Shown piece by piece: positions 28,695-38,624 of a stretch of 64,000 nucleotides of DNA. This stretch comes from Candidatus Aenigmatarchaeota archaeon (GTDB lineage: Archaea > Aenigmatarchaeota > Aenigmatarchaeia > CG10238-14). The notes under the pieces were generated by a model. It was not told the origin of the DNA and ran no database searches. It saw only the letters and a list, made by a program, of their open reading frames with translations. Numbering within the stretch: position 1 is the stretch's first letter; each line of letters begins with the position of its first letter. The position numbers and the translations under genes were made by a program. Location: positions 23,992-87,991 of the forward strand of contig JAWBZR010000001.1 in assembly GCA_044343545.1 (NCBI GenBank), written 5' to 3'.

Positions 28695-29897
28695 TCAAGT
28701 CTTTAAAATTTCTACACCCGGCATTTTTTTACCGGACAAGTAATTTATCAACGCTCCACCAGCTAAACTTATATAAGAATACTTGCTTTTATCTATTCCC
28801 AAAACATTCATTGCAACAGATGTATCTCCACCACCCACAAGTGTAAAGGCCTTTGAATTTGCAACAGCTTCCAAAATTTCTTTTGTTCCCTTTTCAAAAC
28901 CTTTTTCTTCATACACTCCTGCCGTGCCTTTAACAACAATTGTTTTTGCTGTTTTTATTCTTTCTTTGAATAGTTCTATTGTTTGACTACCTATATCTAA
29001 AATCATTTCATCTACAGGTAAATCAACTATATCGACTTCCTTTCTTTTACCATCTTTATTAATTGCAACATCTATTGGGATAAATATTTTCTCATTATAT
29101 TTTTTGAAAGTTGTCTCTAAACCTTCTGCCAACTCGTAGAATTTTTTATTTTTCAAAAACTGCTCTGTTTTTTCGCCTAATTCAAAACCTTGTGCTATTA
29201 AAAATAATTCACCCAAAACACCACAAGCCAAAACCTCATCTATTATTCCATTTTCAAGACCATAATTCATTATTTTTATGCAATCATCTGGTTTAGCTCC
29301 GCCTAAAATGTAGATGTTTGGTTTTTCCGGATTCAAAGCTCTCTCGAGAGATTTTAATTCTTTTTCCATTAATCTACCAGCTATCTTAGGTAAATCTGTA
29401 AAGCCTACTATAGAGGCGTGTGAACGGTGAGATGCCGAAAATGCGTCATTGACAAAAACATCAGCTAAAGGCATTAACGTCTTTACCAAAGTGCTATTTT
29501 TATGATCTTCAGGTGCTTTCTCAACATCTTCGTCCTCTAAAAATCTCACATTTTCAAGTAGAAGAGCTTGCCCGGGCTTCAAGGACTTTATAGAGTTTAT
29601 AGCTTTTTCGTCTACAATGCTATTGACAAATTTTATTGGATATTTCACATATTTCTTAAGCAATTTTGCATGTTGCCTCAATGAAATAAAATCCGAATCT
29701 CCCTTTCTTCCTTGATGTGCCAAAATAACAACTTTTGATTTTTTTTCACATAGCTCATTTATAGTTTTTGCTGCCTCTATCAATCTTTCAGAAACTTCTA
29801 TTTTTCCAGTAGCCTCGTCATAAGGTAAATTTATATCAACTCTCAAAATCACGGTTTTATTTGAAAAGTCGAAATCGTCAAGAGTTTTAAATTTCAT
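28695..29897 (-). CDS. pgk: Phosphoglycerate kinase
   Basis: 400 aa. N-terminus VILRVDINLPYD. Hinge and C-terminal domain motifs are present (GGGDT, LAGGA). Confidence 0.9.
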   Translation of the reverse strand: MKFKTLDDFDFSNKTVILRVDINLPYDEATGKIEVSERLIEAAKTINELCEKKSKVVILAHQGRKGDSDFISLRQHAKLLKKYVKYPIKFVNSIVDEKAINSIKSLKPGQALLLENVRFLEDEDVEKAPEDHKNSTLVKTLMPLADVFVNDAFSASHRSHASIVGFTDLPKIAGRLMEKELKSLERALNPEKPNIYILGGAKPDDCIKIMNYGLENGIIDEVLACGVLGELFLIAQGFELGEKTEQFLKNKKFYELAEGLETTFKKYNEKIFIPIDVAINKDGKRKEVDIVDLPVDEMILDIGSQTIELFKERIKTAKTIVVKGTAGVYEEKGFEKGTKEILEAVANSKAFTLVGGGDTSVAMNVLGIDKSKYSYISLAGGALINYLSGKKMPGVEILKT

Positions 29898-29907
29898 TAT
29901 AAAACCT

Positions 29908-30417
29908 CTATGATCTACTTAAAGCTATTTGACACATATGACAAAAATCGGATGACTTGTTATCTATATCTCTTATGTTATTAGAAGAATTCATGACGCA
30001 ACCCTTTTCTTTACAATGTTGAAGACCCAACACATGACCGAATTCGTGTATGCACTCTTTAAGCAACCTCTCTTTAAACAATTGTTTATCTGGAGATGAT
30101 AATCTAAATGTGGATACTATGGCTGCCTTGCCTTTAATTTTTGCCAAACCAAACAAATAGTTTAATCCTGATGAATATATATCTTTATCTGTAATAGCTA
30201 TCACTTTATCATCAAAATTATTTTCTAAATGGTTGAGAATTATACTTGCTTCATATTGCTGTCTAAATCTATTAAAGCTATCTTCAGGTACCTTTATTTC
30301 AGAGCCGAGTAAGACTGGTATTTTAAACTTTGCTCTCAGATTTTTTTTGACAAAATCCAAAATATTTGGTTCAACTTTACCAAAATAACAAATAGTTAGC
30401 TGAATTTCTCTCACCAA
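29908..30417 (-). CDS. amzA: Archaemetzincin
   Basis: HEFGHVLGLQHC...C...C is the extended zinc site HExxHxxGxxHC plus a Cys4 second site. Confidence 0.8.
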   Translation of the reverse strand: MVREIQLTICYFGKVEPNILDFVKKNLRAKFKIPVLLGSEIKVPEDSFNRFRQQYEASIILNHLENNFDDKVIAITDKDIYSSGLNYLFGLAKIKGKAAIVSTFRLSSPDKQLFKERLLKECIHEFGHVLGLQHCKEKGCVMNSSNNIRDIDNKSSDFCHMCQIALSRS

Positions 30418-30451
30418 TTAAATATTTAGATAAATTTAAATAAATTTTAAA

Positions 30452-30525
30452 TGGGGTTGGCCGGATTTGAACCAGCGACACCACGGGCTTCAGCCGTGCG
30501 CTCTCCCGGACTGAGCTACAACCCC
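30452..30525 (-). tRNA. tRNA-Phe (GAA)
   Basis: The reverse complement GGGGTTGTAGCTCAGTCCGGGAGAGCGCACGGCTGAAGCCCGTGGTGTCGCTGGTTCAAATCCGGCCAACCCCA folds as a cloverleaf with anticodon loop CUGAAGC. About 60% GC. No encoded CCA. Confidence 0.85.
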
Positions 30526-30686
30526 AATTGTTATTAAATTTGAAATTCAATCTTAAATTTTTTGGCAAAACGCACATTTTAAAAGTTTTCTAGGGATTCG
30601 AATTTGCCTGCTTTGAAATTCATGAATTCAACCATTTTTTTAAATCTAGTTCCATGAATAAAAGCTTTGAAAATTTATGATAAAGT

Positions 30687-31430
30687 TCAATCACTACCCT
30701 TCGTAAAAATCAATCTTATCTTCGACAACGCTTTATATAATCTCAACTCTATATTGAACCTGTATCTGAAACCTTCTTCTATTATAAAAATAAAATTGCC
30801 CAAAACAAATCTTATGCCAGTAGGTATATCCCTCACGTCATAATAATAAACTTTTACAGGCACTTGTTTTATTCTCAAACCTTCTTTCATTGCTTTGATC
30901 ATCATCATATTTTCTATGATATATCCACCAACTGTTGCGTCAACCAGCTTCAGCATGGCCTCTCTGTTCATAGCTATAAAGCCGCAGTTGCTATCCTTTA
31001 CTCTCACACCAAACATTATATTGAATGTTGTTCTCCAAACAAAGTTACCCAAACGATGTCTTAATGGAACGTCCCTTTTCCAATTTCTATATCCGGTAAC
31101 ATAATCAGCTTGGTCAACAACTAAAGGATTGAATATTTTTGGCAAATCTTCTGGCATATATTGAAGGTCTGCGTCCAGAATTGCCACATATTTTATGTCT
31201 GGAAGATTGTGTTTTATGTATAAGAATGCCGTCTTTAACCCTTCACCTTTACCCCTATTTTTTTCATGTCTAAGTACTATTGCACCAGCACTTTTTGCAA
31301 TTTCTCCTGTTCTATCTGGTGAACAGTCATCAACGACTATTGGCAAGTAACCCAAACTCTTTACTCTCTTTACAACTTCTTCAATGTTTTTTTCTTCCAT
31401 ATAAGCTGGAATCACAACTGCAAATTCCAT
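30687..31430 (-). CDS. GT2 family glycosyltransferase (dolichyl-phosphate sugar synthase-like)
   Basis: VVIPAYMEEKNIEEVV...VVDDCSPDRT...LDADLQ is a GT-A DxD architecture. Confidence 0.75.
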   Translation of the reverse strand: MEFAVVIPAYMEEKNIEEVVKRVKSLGYLPIVVDDCSPDRTGEIAKSAGAIVLRHEKNRGKGEGLKTAFLYIKHNLPDIKYVAILDADLQYMPEDLPKIFNPLVVDQADYVTGYRNWKRDVPLRHRLGNFVWRTTFNIMFGVRVKDSNCGFIAMNREAMLKLVDATVGGYIIENMMMIKAMKEGLRIKQVPVKVYYYDVRDIPTGIRFVLGNFIFIIEEGFRYRFNIELRLYKALSKIRLIFTKGSD

Positions 31431-31466
31431 TCACATCAACGATATTAAAATAAAGAATTTAACGTT

Positions 31467-31643
31467 TTATTGTTGTTGGCCGCCTTTACCATTATTCATG
31501 TTTTCTATTTGCTTTTCTATCCTGACAAGAGTTTTAAAAATACTATCAAGCGTTCTATTCATATAATTAATTTGTGTTATTGATATCAAAGTTGGGCACG
31601 TGCTATAGTTGTTGCATATTTTACCTTTTTCCGGGTCACACAT
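31467..31643 (-). CDS. Small Cys-containing hypothetical protein (58 aa)
   Basis: Hand translation gives MCDPEKGKICNNYSTCPTLISITQINYMNRTLDSIFKTLVRIEKQIENMNNGKGGQQQ. It is below the 60-aa cutoff of the ORF track. It sits in the intergenic region between GT2 and bud32. Confidence 0.25.
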   Translation of the reverse strand: MCDPEKGKICNNYSTCPTLISITQINYMNRTLDSIFKTLVRIEKQIENMNNGKGGQQQ

Positions 31644-31696
31644 TTTAGCATAGCACCATAAACTTCTATAAATTTTGCATCCAAGTTTAAATATTT

Positions 31697-32326
31697 ATGG
31701 AACCGACCGTTAACTTTAAAAAGCATGGGGCTGAAGCTGTAATATATTTAGAAAATGATTATATTGTGAAAGAAAGAATTAAAAAGGGTTATAGAATTAA
31801 GGAAATAGATGAAAAAATAAGAAAACTCAGGACATCCTTGGAGGCTAAATTACTCATAGAAGCCAAGAGAAACGGTATTCACACGCCATCTGTATTTCAA
31901 GTTGACAAATGTAATTTTAAAATAAAAATGGAGTTTATAAATGGAATAAGGTTAAAAGAATATCTTGAGGTGTGTGAAAAAAGTGAAATTAAGAAAATAT
32001 GTAAAAACGTGGGCGAGTGCATTGGAAAGTTACACAAGGCAGGTATAGTTCACGGAGATTTGACCACATCTAATATTATTTTGAAAGATGATAAGCTTTA
32101 TTTCATTGATTTTGGTTTGGGTTATTTTTCTAAGAGAACTGAAGATTTCGGAACTGATCTAAAGCTCTTAAAAGAAGCGTTACAATCAACACATTTTAAA
32201 ATATTAAAACTCTGTTGGGATAATATTTTAAAAGGTTACAAAAAAGAATATAAGGAAGCGGACAAGGTTATAGAAAAGGTGAAAGAAATTGAAAAGCGTG
32301 CTAGATATGCTCAGAAGCAAGAATAG
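31697..32326 (+). CDS. bud32: KEOPS complex kinase Bud32
   Basis: Small RIO-like kinase with the catalytic motif GIVHGDLTTSNIIL and DFGLG. Confidence 0.8.
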   Translation: MEPTVNFKKHGAEAVIYLENDYIVKERIKKGYRIKEIDEKIRKLRTSLEAKLLIEAKRNGIHTPSVFQVDKCNFKIKMEFINGIRLKEYLEVCEKSEIKKICKNVGECIGKLHKAGIVHGDLTTSNIILKDDKLYFIDFGLGYFSKRTEDFGTDLKLLKEALQSTHFKILKLCWDNILKGYKKEYKEADKVIEKVKEIEKRARYAQKQE

Positions 32327-32522
32327 GTTTGAAAAAGCGGAAGGGTATGCTATATTTTCTCTATTGATAAGTTCAATTTTTTTATCTCTAGGCATCGGCC
32401 TAACTATTTTTGGTACAAGAGGTGTTTCGGCCTTGATAGCAATGTTGGGAGCATTATTTTCATTTTTGTCAGCTGTCGCTTTAATAGTAATATGGGTATG
32501 GGAAGATATGGTGAAAGGATGA
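32289..32522 (+). CDS. Small membrane protein (2 TM)
   Basis: ORF with two hydrophobic helices. It overlaps the bud32 3' end. Confidence 0.3.
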   Translation: MKSVLDMLRSKNRFEKAEGYAIFSLLISSIFLSLGIGLTIFGTRGVSALIAMLGALFSFLSAVALIVIWVWEDMVKG

Positions 32523-32577
32523 ATTTTTTAAATATTGCATTTCATAAATTTGCAGTATGATTTGAAAAGGTGCTTAA

Positions 32578-33039
32578 ATGGCAAGGATGCATGCAAGAAA
32601 AAAGGGAAAATCCGGATCTAAGAAACCTTTGATGAAAACAGCTCCTAGATGGGTTATTTATAAAAAGGCTGAAGTAGAGAAGCTTGTGGTAAATTTGGCC
32701 AAAGAAGGATACTCGTCTGCTATGATAGGTATTATTTTAAGAGATAGATATGGTATACCTTCAGTGAAGCTAATAACGGGTAAAAGCATATCGCAAATAA
32801 TGAAAGAGAACAAATTATATCCGAAATATCCTGAAGATTTGCTTAATTTATTAAAGAGAGCTGTGAATTTGAGAGCGCATTTAGCTATTCACAAAAAAGA
32901 TTATACTTCCAAAAGAAATTTGGGTTTATTGGAATCCAAAATAAGAAGATTGGTAAAATATTATATAAGAAAAAAGATCTTGCCGGAAGATTGGAAATAT
33001 GACCCAGAAAAGGCAAAAGTTATTGTGCAACAAAAGTGA
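32578..33039 (+). CDS. rps15: 30S ribosomal protein S15 (S13e)
   Basis: [18 protein letters not shown]-terminus and the archaeal S15/S13e architecture. Confidence 0.85.
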   Translation: MARMHARKKGKSGSKKPLMKTAPRWVIYKKAEVEKLVVNLAKEGYSSAMIGIILRDRYGIPSVKLITGKSISQIMKENKLYPKYPEDLLNLLKRAVNLRAHLAIHKKDYTSKRNLGLLESKIRRLVKYYIRKKILPEDWKYDPEKAKVIVQQK

Positions 33040-33043
33040 TTGA

Positions 33044-33598
33044 ATGGCAAAAAAGATAAAGGGTAAGGATTGGTTCACGATTTTTGCACCGAAAATTTTT
33101 CAAGAAAAGATAATAGGAGAAACGATGGCGGACGATGCCAAAAAAGTCATTAACAGAATGGTGGAATTGCCTGTAGTGCTTATAACCAATGATATGAGCA
33201 AGTATTATATGAAAGCTAAGATGAAGATAAAGAGAGTTGAAGGGCAAAACGCCTATGCAGAGCTCGCTGGCTTGGAATGTATGAGAGATTATATAGCAAG
33301 AATGATTAGGCATAGAGTTACGAGAATAGACACCGTTCAAAAACTTGAAACAAAGGATGGCAAACAAATAGTAGTAAAGTGTGTAATAGTCACAAGTAGA
33401 AAAGTCACTGCAGGTGTGGAGAAAAAAATTAGAAAATATGTTGAGGATGTTATCACCAAAAATGTTTCTGAAAGTACGCTTGATGATTTTGTAACAAAAA
33501 TTTTAAAAGATGTTATAAAGCAAAAAATATTAAAAGAAGGCTCGAAAATATATCCACTAAAATTTTTCGAAGTGAGGAAATTAGAAGTAAAGATTTGA
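33044..33598 (+). CDS. rps3ae: 30S ribosomal protein S3Ae
   Basis: KGKDWFTIFAPKIF matches the S3Ae N-terminal consensus. 184 aa. Confidence 0.85.
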   Translation: MAKKIKGKDWFTIFAPKIFQEKIIGETMADDAKKVINRMVELPVVLITNDMSKYYMKAKMKIKRVEGQNAYAELAGLECMRDYIARMIRHRVTRIDTVQKLETKDGKQIVVKCVIVTSRKVTAGVEKKIRKYVEDVITKNVSESTLDDFVTKILKDVIKQKILKEGSKIYPLKFFEVRKLEVKI

Positions 33599-33635
33599 GT
33601 GAAGTATTTTATTTCTTCTCTAAAATAATTGTTTT

Positions 33636-35276
33636 ATGAAAAATATAGAAGAAATGGCAAAAAAATATGCCATAATAAATGCTGTAGAATTTGGCGGTAA
33701 AGCAAATGTTCAAGCTGTTCTAGGTAAAATTATTGCTGAAGATGAAAGTTTGAAAGCTAAAATAAAGGATGTCGCGAAGATCGTCGCGAAAATTGTTCAA
33801 GAAGTAAATTCTACACCCTTAGATGAGTTAAAAAAAGAGTATGAAAAATTGGACGTAATTGTTGAAAAAAAGCAAGAAAGTAAGGATTTACCAGAACTTC
33901 CATTTGCTCAAAAAGGAAAAGTAATAACAGCATTTCCCCCAGAGCCAAGCAAATATCCGCACATAGGTCACGCAAAGGCTGCCTTGATAAATTACATGTA
34001 TGCAAAAAAATATGATGGAATTTTTATCTTAAGATTTGAAGATACGAACCCGGAGATGGCTAAGAAAGAATATTATGATGCCATAATGGACGGATTAAAA
34101 TGGTTAAATATTGTATGGGATAAAGTCGATTATATTTCAGATCACATAGAAAAGTATTATGAGTTTGCTGAAAGGCTTTTAAATGAAAAAAGAGCTTATG
34201 TATGCCTCTGCGAGCAAGAAAAAATAAAAAAATTCAGGATGGAAGGTATAGAATGTGAACATAGACGGCAAAGTGTTGAGGAAAACTTAAATTTATGGAA
34301 GAAAATGTTTGAAGAATTTGAAGAAGGTAAGGCTACTTTGAGATTAAGAATTGACATGAAACACAAAAACACTACGATGAGAGACCCGGTGATAATGAGA
34401 ATTGTTGATAAAGAGCATGTAAGGACGGGGAAAAAATATAGAATATGGCCAACGTATGATTTCGGCACAAGCGTTATGGACGGTTTGGAAGGCGTAACCC
34501 ATAGATTTAGAAGCAAAGAATTTGAGATGAGAGATGAATTGCAAAAATTTATTCAAAGAATTTTGGGTTTTAAAGAAACATACATAAAAGAAATAGCGAG
34601 ATTTAACCTTGAGGGCGTACCGTCTTCAGGAAGAATTATAAGGCAAATGATAGCTGAAGGCAAGCTATCTGGATGGGATGATCCTAGACTTTCTACGCTC
34701 ATGGCACTGAGAAAGAGAGGTTTTTTACCCGAAGCAATAAAAGAGTTTTTGTTATCGACTGGAATATCAAAAGCCGAAGCAACATTCGGATGGGAAATGT
34801 TAGAGAGTTTTAATAGAAAACATGTTGATAAGATAGCCAATAGATACTTTGCTGTTGTAAATCCTGTACCTATAGAAATTATTGGAAATCTGCCAAAGAT
34901 CGTGGAAGAACCGCTCCATCCAGATTATCCTGAGAGGGGAAAAAGAAAAATTGAAGTGGGAAAGAATATCTACATATCAAGAGAAGATTACGATAGATTT
35001 TTTGGGAAAACAGTTAGGCTAATAGGGTTATGTAATGTAAAGTTGAGTAAAAAGGCTGTATATGAAGGTAATGAAATAATTCAAGATATGCCAAAAATTC
35101 AATGGGTTTCAGAGCCCTTCGAAAGAATAAAAATATTGATGAATGATGGAAATATAGTAAACATGATAGCAGAGCCTGAAATCAAAATTTGTGAAGAATT
35201 TGTTCAATTTATTAGAATTGGGTTTGCCAAGCTGATTTCAAGGGAAGATATGTTTTTCTGTTTTACACACAAATAA
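33636..35276 (+). CDS. gltX: Glutamyl-tRNA synthetase (archaeal type)
   Basis: HIGH motif PSKYPHIGHAKAAL, then ILRFEDTNPE. Size 546 aa. Confidence 0.85.
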   Translation: MKNIEEMAKKYAIINAVEFGGKANVQAVLGKIIAEDESLKAKIKDVAKIVAKIVQEVNSTPLDELKKEYEKLDVIVEKKQESKDLPELPFAQKGKVITAFPPEPSKYPHIGHAKAALINYMYAKKYDGIFILRFEDTNPEMAKKEYYDAIMDGLKWLNIVWDKVDYISDHIEKYYEFAERLLNEKRAYVCLCEQEKIKKFRMEGIECEHRRQSVEENLNLWKKMFEEFEEGKATLRLRIDMKHKNTTMRDPVIMRIVDKEHVRTGKKYRIWPTYDFGTSVMDGLEGVTHRFRSKEFEMRDELQKFIQRILGFKETYIKEIARFNLEGVPSSGRIIRQMIAEGKLSGWDDPRLSTLMALRKRGFLPEAIKEFLLSTGISKAEATFGWEMLESFNRKHVDKIANRYFAVVNPVPIEIIGNLPKIVEEPLHPDYPERGKRKIEVGKNIYISREDYDRFFGKTVRLIGLCNVKLSKKAVYEGNEIIQDMPKIQWVSEPFERIKILMNDGNIVNMIAEPEIKICEEFVQFIRIGFAKLISREDMFFCFTHK

Positions 35277-35278
35277 GA

Positions 35279-35764
35279 TTAAAAGATTATTCTTTTTATC
35301 AACAATATATTCAAATTTACGATTATCAAGGCTATATAAAACATTCTCTTTGTTCCTTTATGGTGCCAATGGTTTTTCGTGAAAGTTAAGTGAAAATCTG
35401 AAAATGGGTAAAATATTCTCGTGGCCCAAAAATCAGAGTGACTGAGCATATCGATAATTATGTGGGATGCGTAGCAGATCGCAAAAATTGAAGTATACTC
35501 GGGGAAGAAAACGCTAAAAACAGAAGTGATTATTAATAAGCCTATGATGCTGTGAAAGAAATGATAAAATTCAAGATATTCATTAGGCGGTCTCCATTCA
35601 TGCAATACTTGTCTCTTTAATGGAAATTTATCTTTTATCACATAGTATAGAAAGAATGGAGCTGACAGTATATCTGGCATATTAGAAAATAAAAATACTG
35701 GTAAAAGCAGTTGCAAATTTCTTACAAGCGTTAATCCCCACAAGGCATGGACTATATTATCCAT
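35279..35764 (-). CDS. Membrane-bound metal-dependent hydrolase-like protein
   Basis: Four TM helices with conserved His/Asp (HIIIDMLSHSD), resembling the DUF457/YdjM family. Confidence 0.4.
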   Translation of the reverse strand: MDNIVHALWGLTLVRNLQLLLPVFLFSNMPDILSAPFFLYYVIKDKFPLKRQVLHEWRPPNEYLEFYHFFHSIIGLLIITSVFSVFFPEYTSIFAICYASHIIIDMLSHSDFWATRIFYPFSDFHLTFTKNHWHHKGTKRMFYIALIIVNLNILLIKRIIF

Positions 35765-35848
35765 TGGGTAAATTTTTTATGATTTCAAATTTTTAAATCA
35801 TATAGAACTGATTCTTGGTGAAATATTTAAATTATCCTCATAATTTTA

Positions 35849-36382
35849 TTGTTTATGGAAGGCGAGTTAATAGGAGAAAGGGTCGTGATTTGGGGAAAAG
35901 ATGCTCAAAACTTATATGAAGAAAGTGGTTATGGAAAACCATTAGAAGATAGGTTAGAGCTTTCTTTAATAGAAGCGTGTTTTCTCTTGGAAAAGAATAA
36001 AATTTCTATAAAAACGAAAGACGGCAAGCTTTCTTTCAAAGAATTTTATGAATATTGTATTAGCAAGGAGCCGGAATTTCACCAAAAATATGTAGTTTAC
36101 AAAGATTTGAGATCAAGAGGTTATCTAGTTAAAACGGGATTTAAATTTGGAGCTCATTTTAGGGTTTATGAGAGAGGTGTTAAACTCAAAAGAGGGCCTA
36201 AAGAAGCTCATGAGCATACCAAGTTCGTTGTTCATGCAATAAAAGAAGAGGATAGATTTTCATATCCTGAGTTATCAAGGGCGGTGAGATTAGCGCAAAA
36301 CATAAGGGCAAAAATGGTTTGGGCCGTCGTGGATAGCGAAAATGACGTGACATATTATGAAATAGTTAGAGTCACTCCCTAA
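35849..36382 (+). CDS. endA: tRNA-splicing endonuclease catalytic subunit
   Basis: YVVYKDLRSRGYLVKTGFKFGAHFRVYERG ... HAHTKFVV (catalytic His) ... K. Typical archaeal EndA. Confidence 0.85.
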   Translation: MFMEGELIGERVVIWGKDAQNLYEESGYGKPLEDRLELSLIEACFLLEKNKISIKTKDGKLSFKEFYEYCISKEPEFHQKYVVYKDLRSRGYLVKTGFKFGAHFRVYERGVKLKRGPKEAHEHTKFVVHAIKEEDRFSYPELSRAVRLAQNIRAKMVWAVVDSENDVTYYEIVRVTP

Positions 36383-37413
36383 GACCAACTTAACTTGAAT
36401 CTTAAAATAGCCCCTATACCTATATGTCTAAATTGTTGCCCTGCATTATGCAGAGTAGATATTATTTTAACCTTGCCCCCCTTCATTTCAACTTGTTTAG
36501 CTATCTCTTCCACTTCCTTTGATAGCATGTCTTCTGAAACCAATAAAAATTCTATTGCTCCCATATTGTTTGCCGAAGAAATGTTATTAATTCCAAATAT
36601 GGCGAGGCCGTCATCCTTTTTAAGATGCATGAAAAATTCTTCCACGAGTTTAGTTTCTTTCAATATCTCGTTTTCTTCACCCAAACTTTCCACAACCCCG
36701 CTCTTTATTATTTCATTAATGCCAGCAATGGTAGCTGATGAGGCATTGGAAACAAAAATTTTCTTGAAAGCTTCGCTCGATTTTTCTCTTATTATCTTAA
36801 AAACATGTTCCTTTGCGAAACCAGGTCCGGCCAAGATTATGTGTTTCATTTGAGGATAAAACTTCATTATTTCTTCGGCTACCAACCTATAATATTCACT
36901 AATTTTTTTCTCCTCGTAATTAAAAGAAAATGGATTTCTTATTTCTGAAATTTGCTCTATTCTATTATTTTTCAACAAGTAAAGCAAGGCTTGGTCTAGG
37001 TCGATGGCCACGATCATAATGTTAGGTGATTTTTTTTCTGCTTCTTTAAGTTTTTCTATTTGATAATTTTTCCATTCTCTTTTAGTGATAGTCAAATGTT
37101 TGCCTGGTTTTATTTCTATTGAATGATAGGAATCTATTTGCACGTTTTTCGGTGCTTCGACTATTCTACCAGAAACTCTTAATTGAAACGTGCCTGTTTG
37201 AAATTCTACTTTTTCCACCGCAATCTTTATGACCATAAGTTTTTTCCCTACCTTTCTTATCTCACCGTCCCTTTCTAGAAAAACGGTTCGTGGCGTCCTT
37301 GCTTTTACAAGATCCCCAGGCTCTATAAAGTTTTTAAGATAAAAAAGATCGTCATTGCACTCTACTCTTAACTTTACCTTTTGCAGTTTTGGAGATATTT
37401 TTATGATTTTCAT
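36379..37413 (-). CDS. pelA: Pelota (Dom34) mRNA surveillance factor
   Basis: 344 aa with an N-terminal Sm-like domain. The central eRF1-like domain contains ILAGPGFAKE. No GGQ motif. Confidence 0.75.
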   Translation of the reverse strand: MKIIKISPKLQKVKLRVECNDDLFYLKNFIEPGDLVKARTPRTVFLERDGEIRKVGKKLMVIKIAVEKVEFQTGTFQLRVSGRIVEAPKNVQIDSYHSIEIKPGKHLTITKREWKNYQIEKLKEAEKKSPNIMIVAIDLDQALLYLLKNNRIEQISEIRNPFSFNYEEKKISEYYRLVAEEIMKFYPQMKHIILAGPGFAKEHVFKIIREKSSEAFKKIFVSNASSATIAGINEIIKSGVVESLGEENEILKETKLVEEFFMHLKKDDGLAIFGINNISSANNMGAIEFLLVSEDMLSKEVEEIAKQVEMKGGKVKIISTLHNAGQQFRHIGIGAILRFKLSWS

Positions 37414-37451
37414 AACTGATAAAAGTTATTAGTATAAAAAACAAAAAAGAT

Positions 37452-38621
37452 ATGTATATGGCAAAAGCTCAAGCTAAGATAGATGAATTTATATGGGTAT
37501 TTTTTGCTGGAATGCTAACAATTGTTATATTAATATTCTTTTGGGGAACCCCAAAATTGAAGATCAACGAAACAGAAAATGTTACTCAAGCGAGGGAAAT
37601 TTTCACAATTGGCTCGTTCGACGAAAATGTCCCAAGGACCATAAGAATAGGCGATTTTACTGTTAGTCATACTGCCGGTTCTCAAACCATAGAGACAAAA
37701 AAGTACTTTGAAGTGAGTAAAGGTTTATTTGAAAATAAAAAATTCTCCTTTAGCTCAGAAATAGCTGAAAATTTTGATGACGTGATTGATGGATGGATTG
37801 AATTATATGTATTGGAAAGTGGAAGTGGAAAACTTGTTGTTAAGGTAAATAATAAAGTAGTTTACAGCCAAAACACAGAACCTGGAAAAATAAGAATAGC
37901 TGTTGAAAAAGATTTGTTGAAAAATTATAATGTTATAGAAATCAGCTCAAGCATGCCTGGTTTGATGTTTTGGAGTACAAGTATTTATAGGATCGAAAAA
38001 GCAGAGTTTGGCATAAATATTTATGGAAACGTGGCTAAAAGATATGATTTTATATTGTATGGAAGTGAATTGAAAACTTTCACTGGAGGTGAGTTAAAGT
38101 TTAATTTGGAAGAAAGAGAAGGTTACGGTGATTTAATCATAAAAATTAATGGAAGAGAATTTTTCAGAGGCATACCATCTGGAAGTTTTAGTAAAACGTT
38201 TGAAATTTTTGATGTGGGTCTCGTGAATGGAGTCAATAACATAGAATTTTCGACTGAAAGAGATACAAGTTACAAATTGGATGATGTTCAAATCATAATA
38301 AGTCATAAAGAGCAAGCTACAAAGAGTAAAACCTTTTCTTTCAGAATAACTGAAAATGATATGGAAAGGTTAAAGGGCGGTAAAAAAGGTAGAATTAGCT
38401 TCATAATATTGGACAGCGACTTCAATGGTAATTTGGCTATAAAGATAAAAGATGCGAAGGGTCAGGAACACCAACTTGATTACATATCATCATATTCCAT
38501 AGGAAAGACTGTAAATGTTTATTTTGGAATGAATGATGTCGAAATAGGAACTAATTACGTGACTTTCAGTGTTATAGGAAACGGAAAGTTTACTCTAAGC
38601 AATCTTGAGGTTGTTGTATAG
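37452..38621 (+). CDS. Hypothetical membrane-anchored beta-rich protein
   Basis: N-terminal TM IWVFFAGMLTIVILIFFWG. The remainder is predicted beta-rich with no recognised domain. Confidence 0.45.
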   Translation: MYMAKAQAKIDEFIWVFFAGMLTIVILIFFWGTPKLKINETENVTQAREIFTIGSFDENVPRTIRIGDFTVSHTAGSQTIETKKYFEVSKGLFENKKFSFSSEIAENFDDVIDGWIELYVLESGSGKLVVKVNNKVVYSQNTEPGKIRIAVEKDLLKNYNVIEISSSMPGLMFWSTSIYRIEKAEFGINIYGNVAKRYDFILYGSELKTFTGGELKFNLEEREGYGDLIIKINGREFFRGIPSGSFSKTFEIFDVGLVNGVNNIEFSTERDTSYKLDDVQIIISHKEQATKSKTFSFRITENDMERLKGGKKGRISFIILDSDFNGNLAIKIKDAKGQEHQLDYISSYSIGKTVNVYFGMNDVEIGTNYVTFSVIGNGKFTLSNLEVVV

Positions 38622-38624
38622 AAA

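Noticed and set aside
30377-30577. 66-aa ORF overlapping tRNA-Phe
   Set aside because: It overlaps a confidently folded tRNA gene and has no protein-like features.
30585-30625. tRNA-like GGGATTCGAAT element, a possible split-tRNA half
   Set aside because: The T-loop-like TTCGAAT is not flanked by complementary stem sequences on either strand. No acceptor-stem pairing was found.
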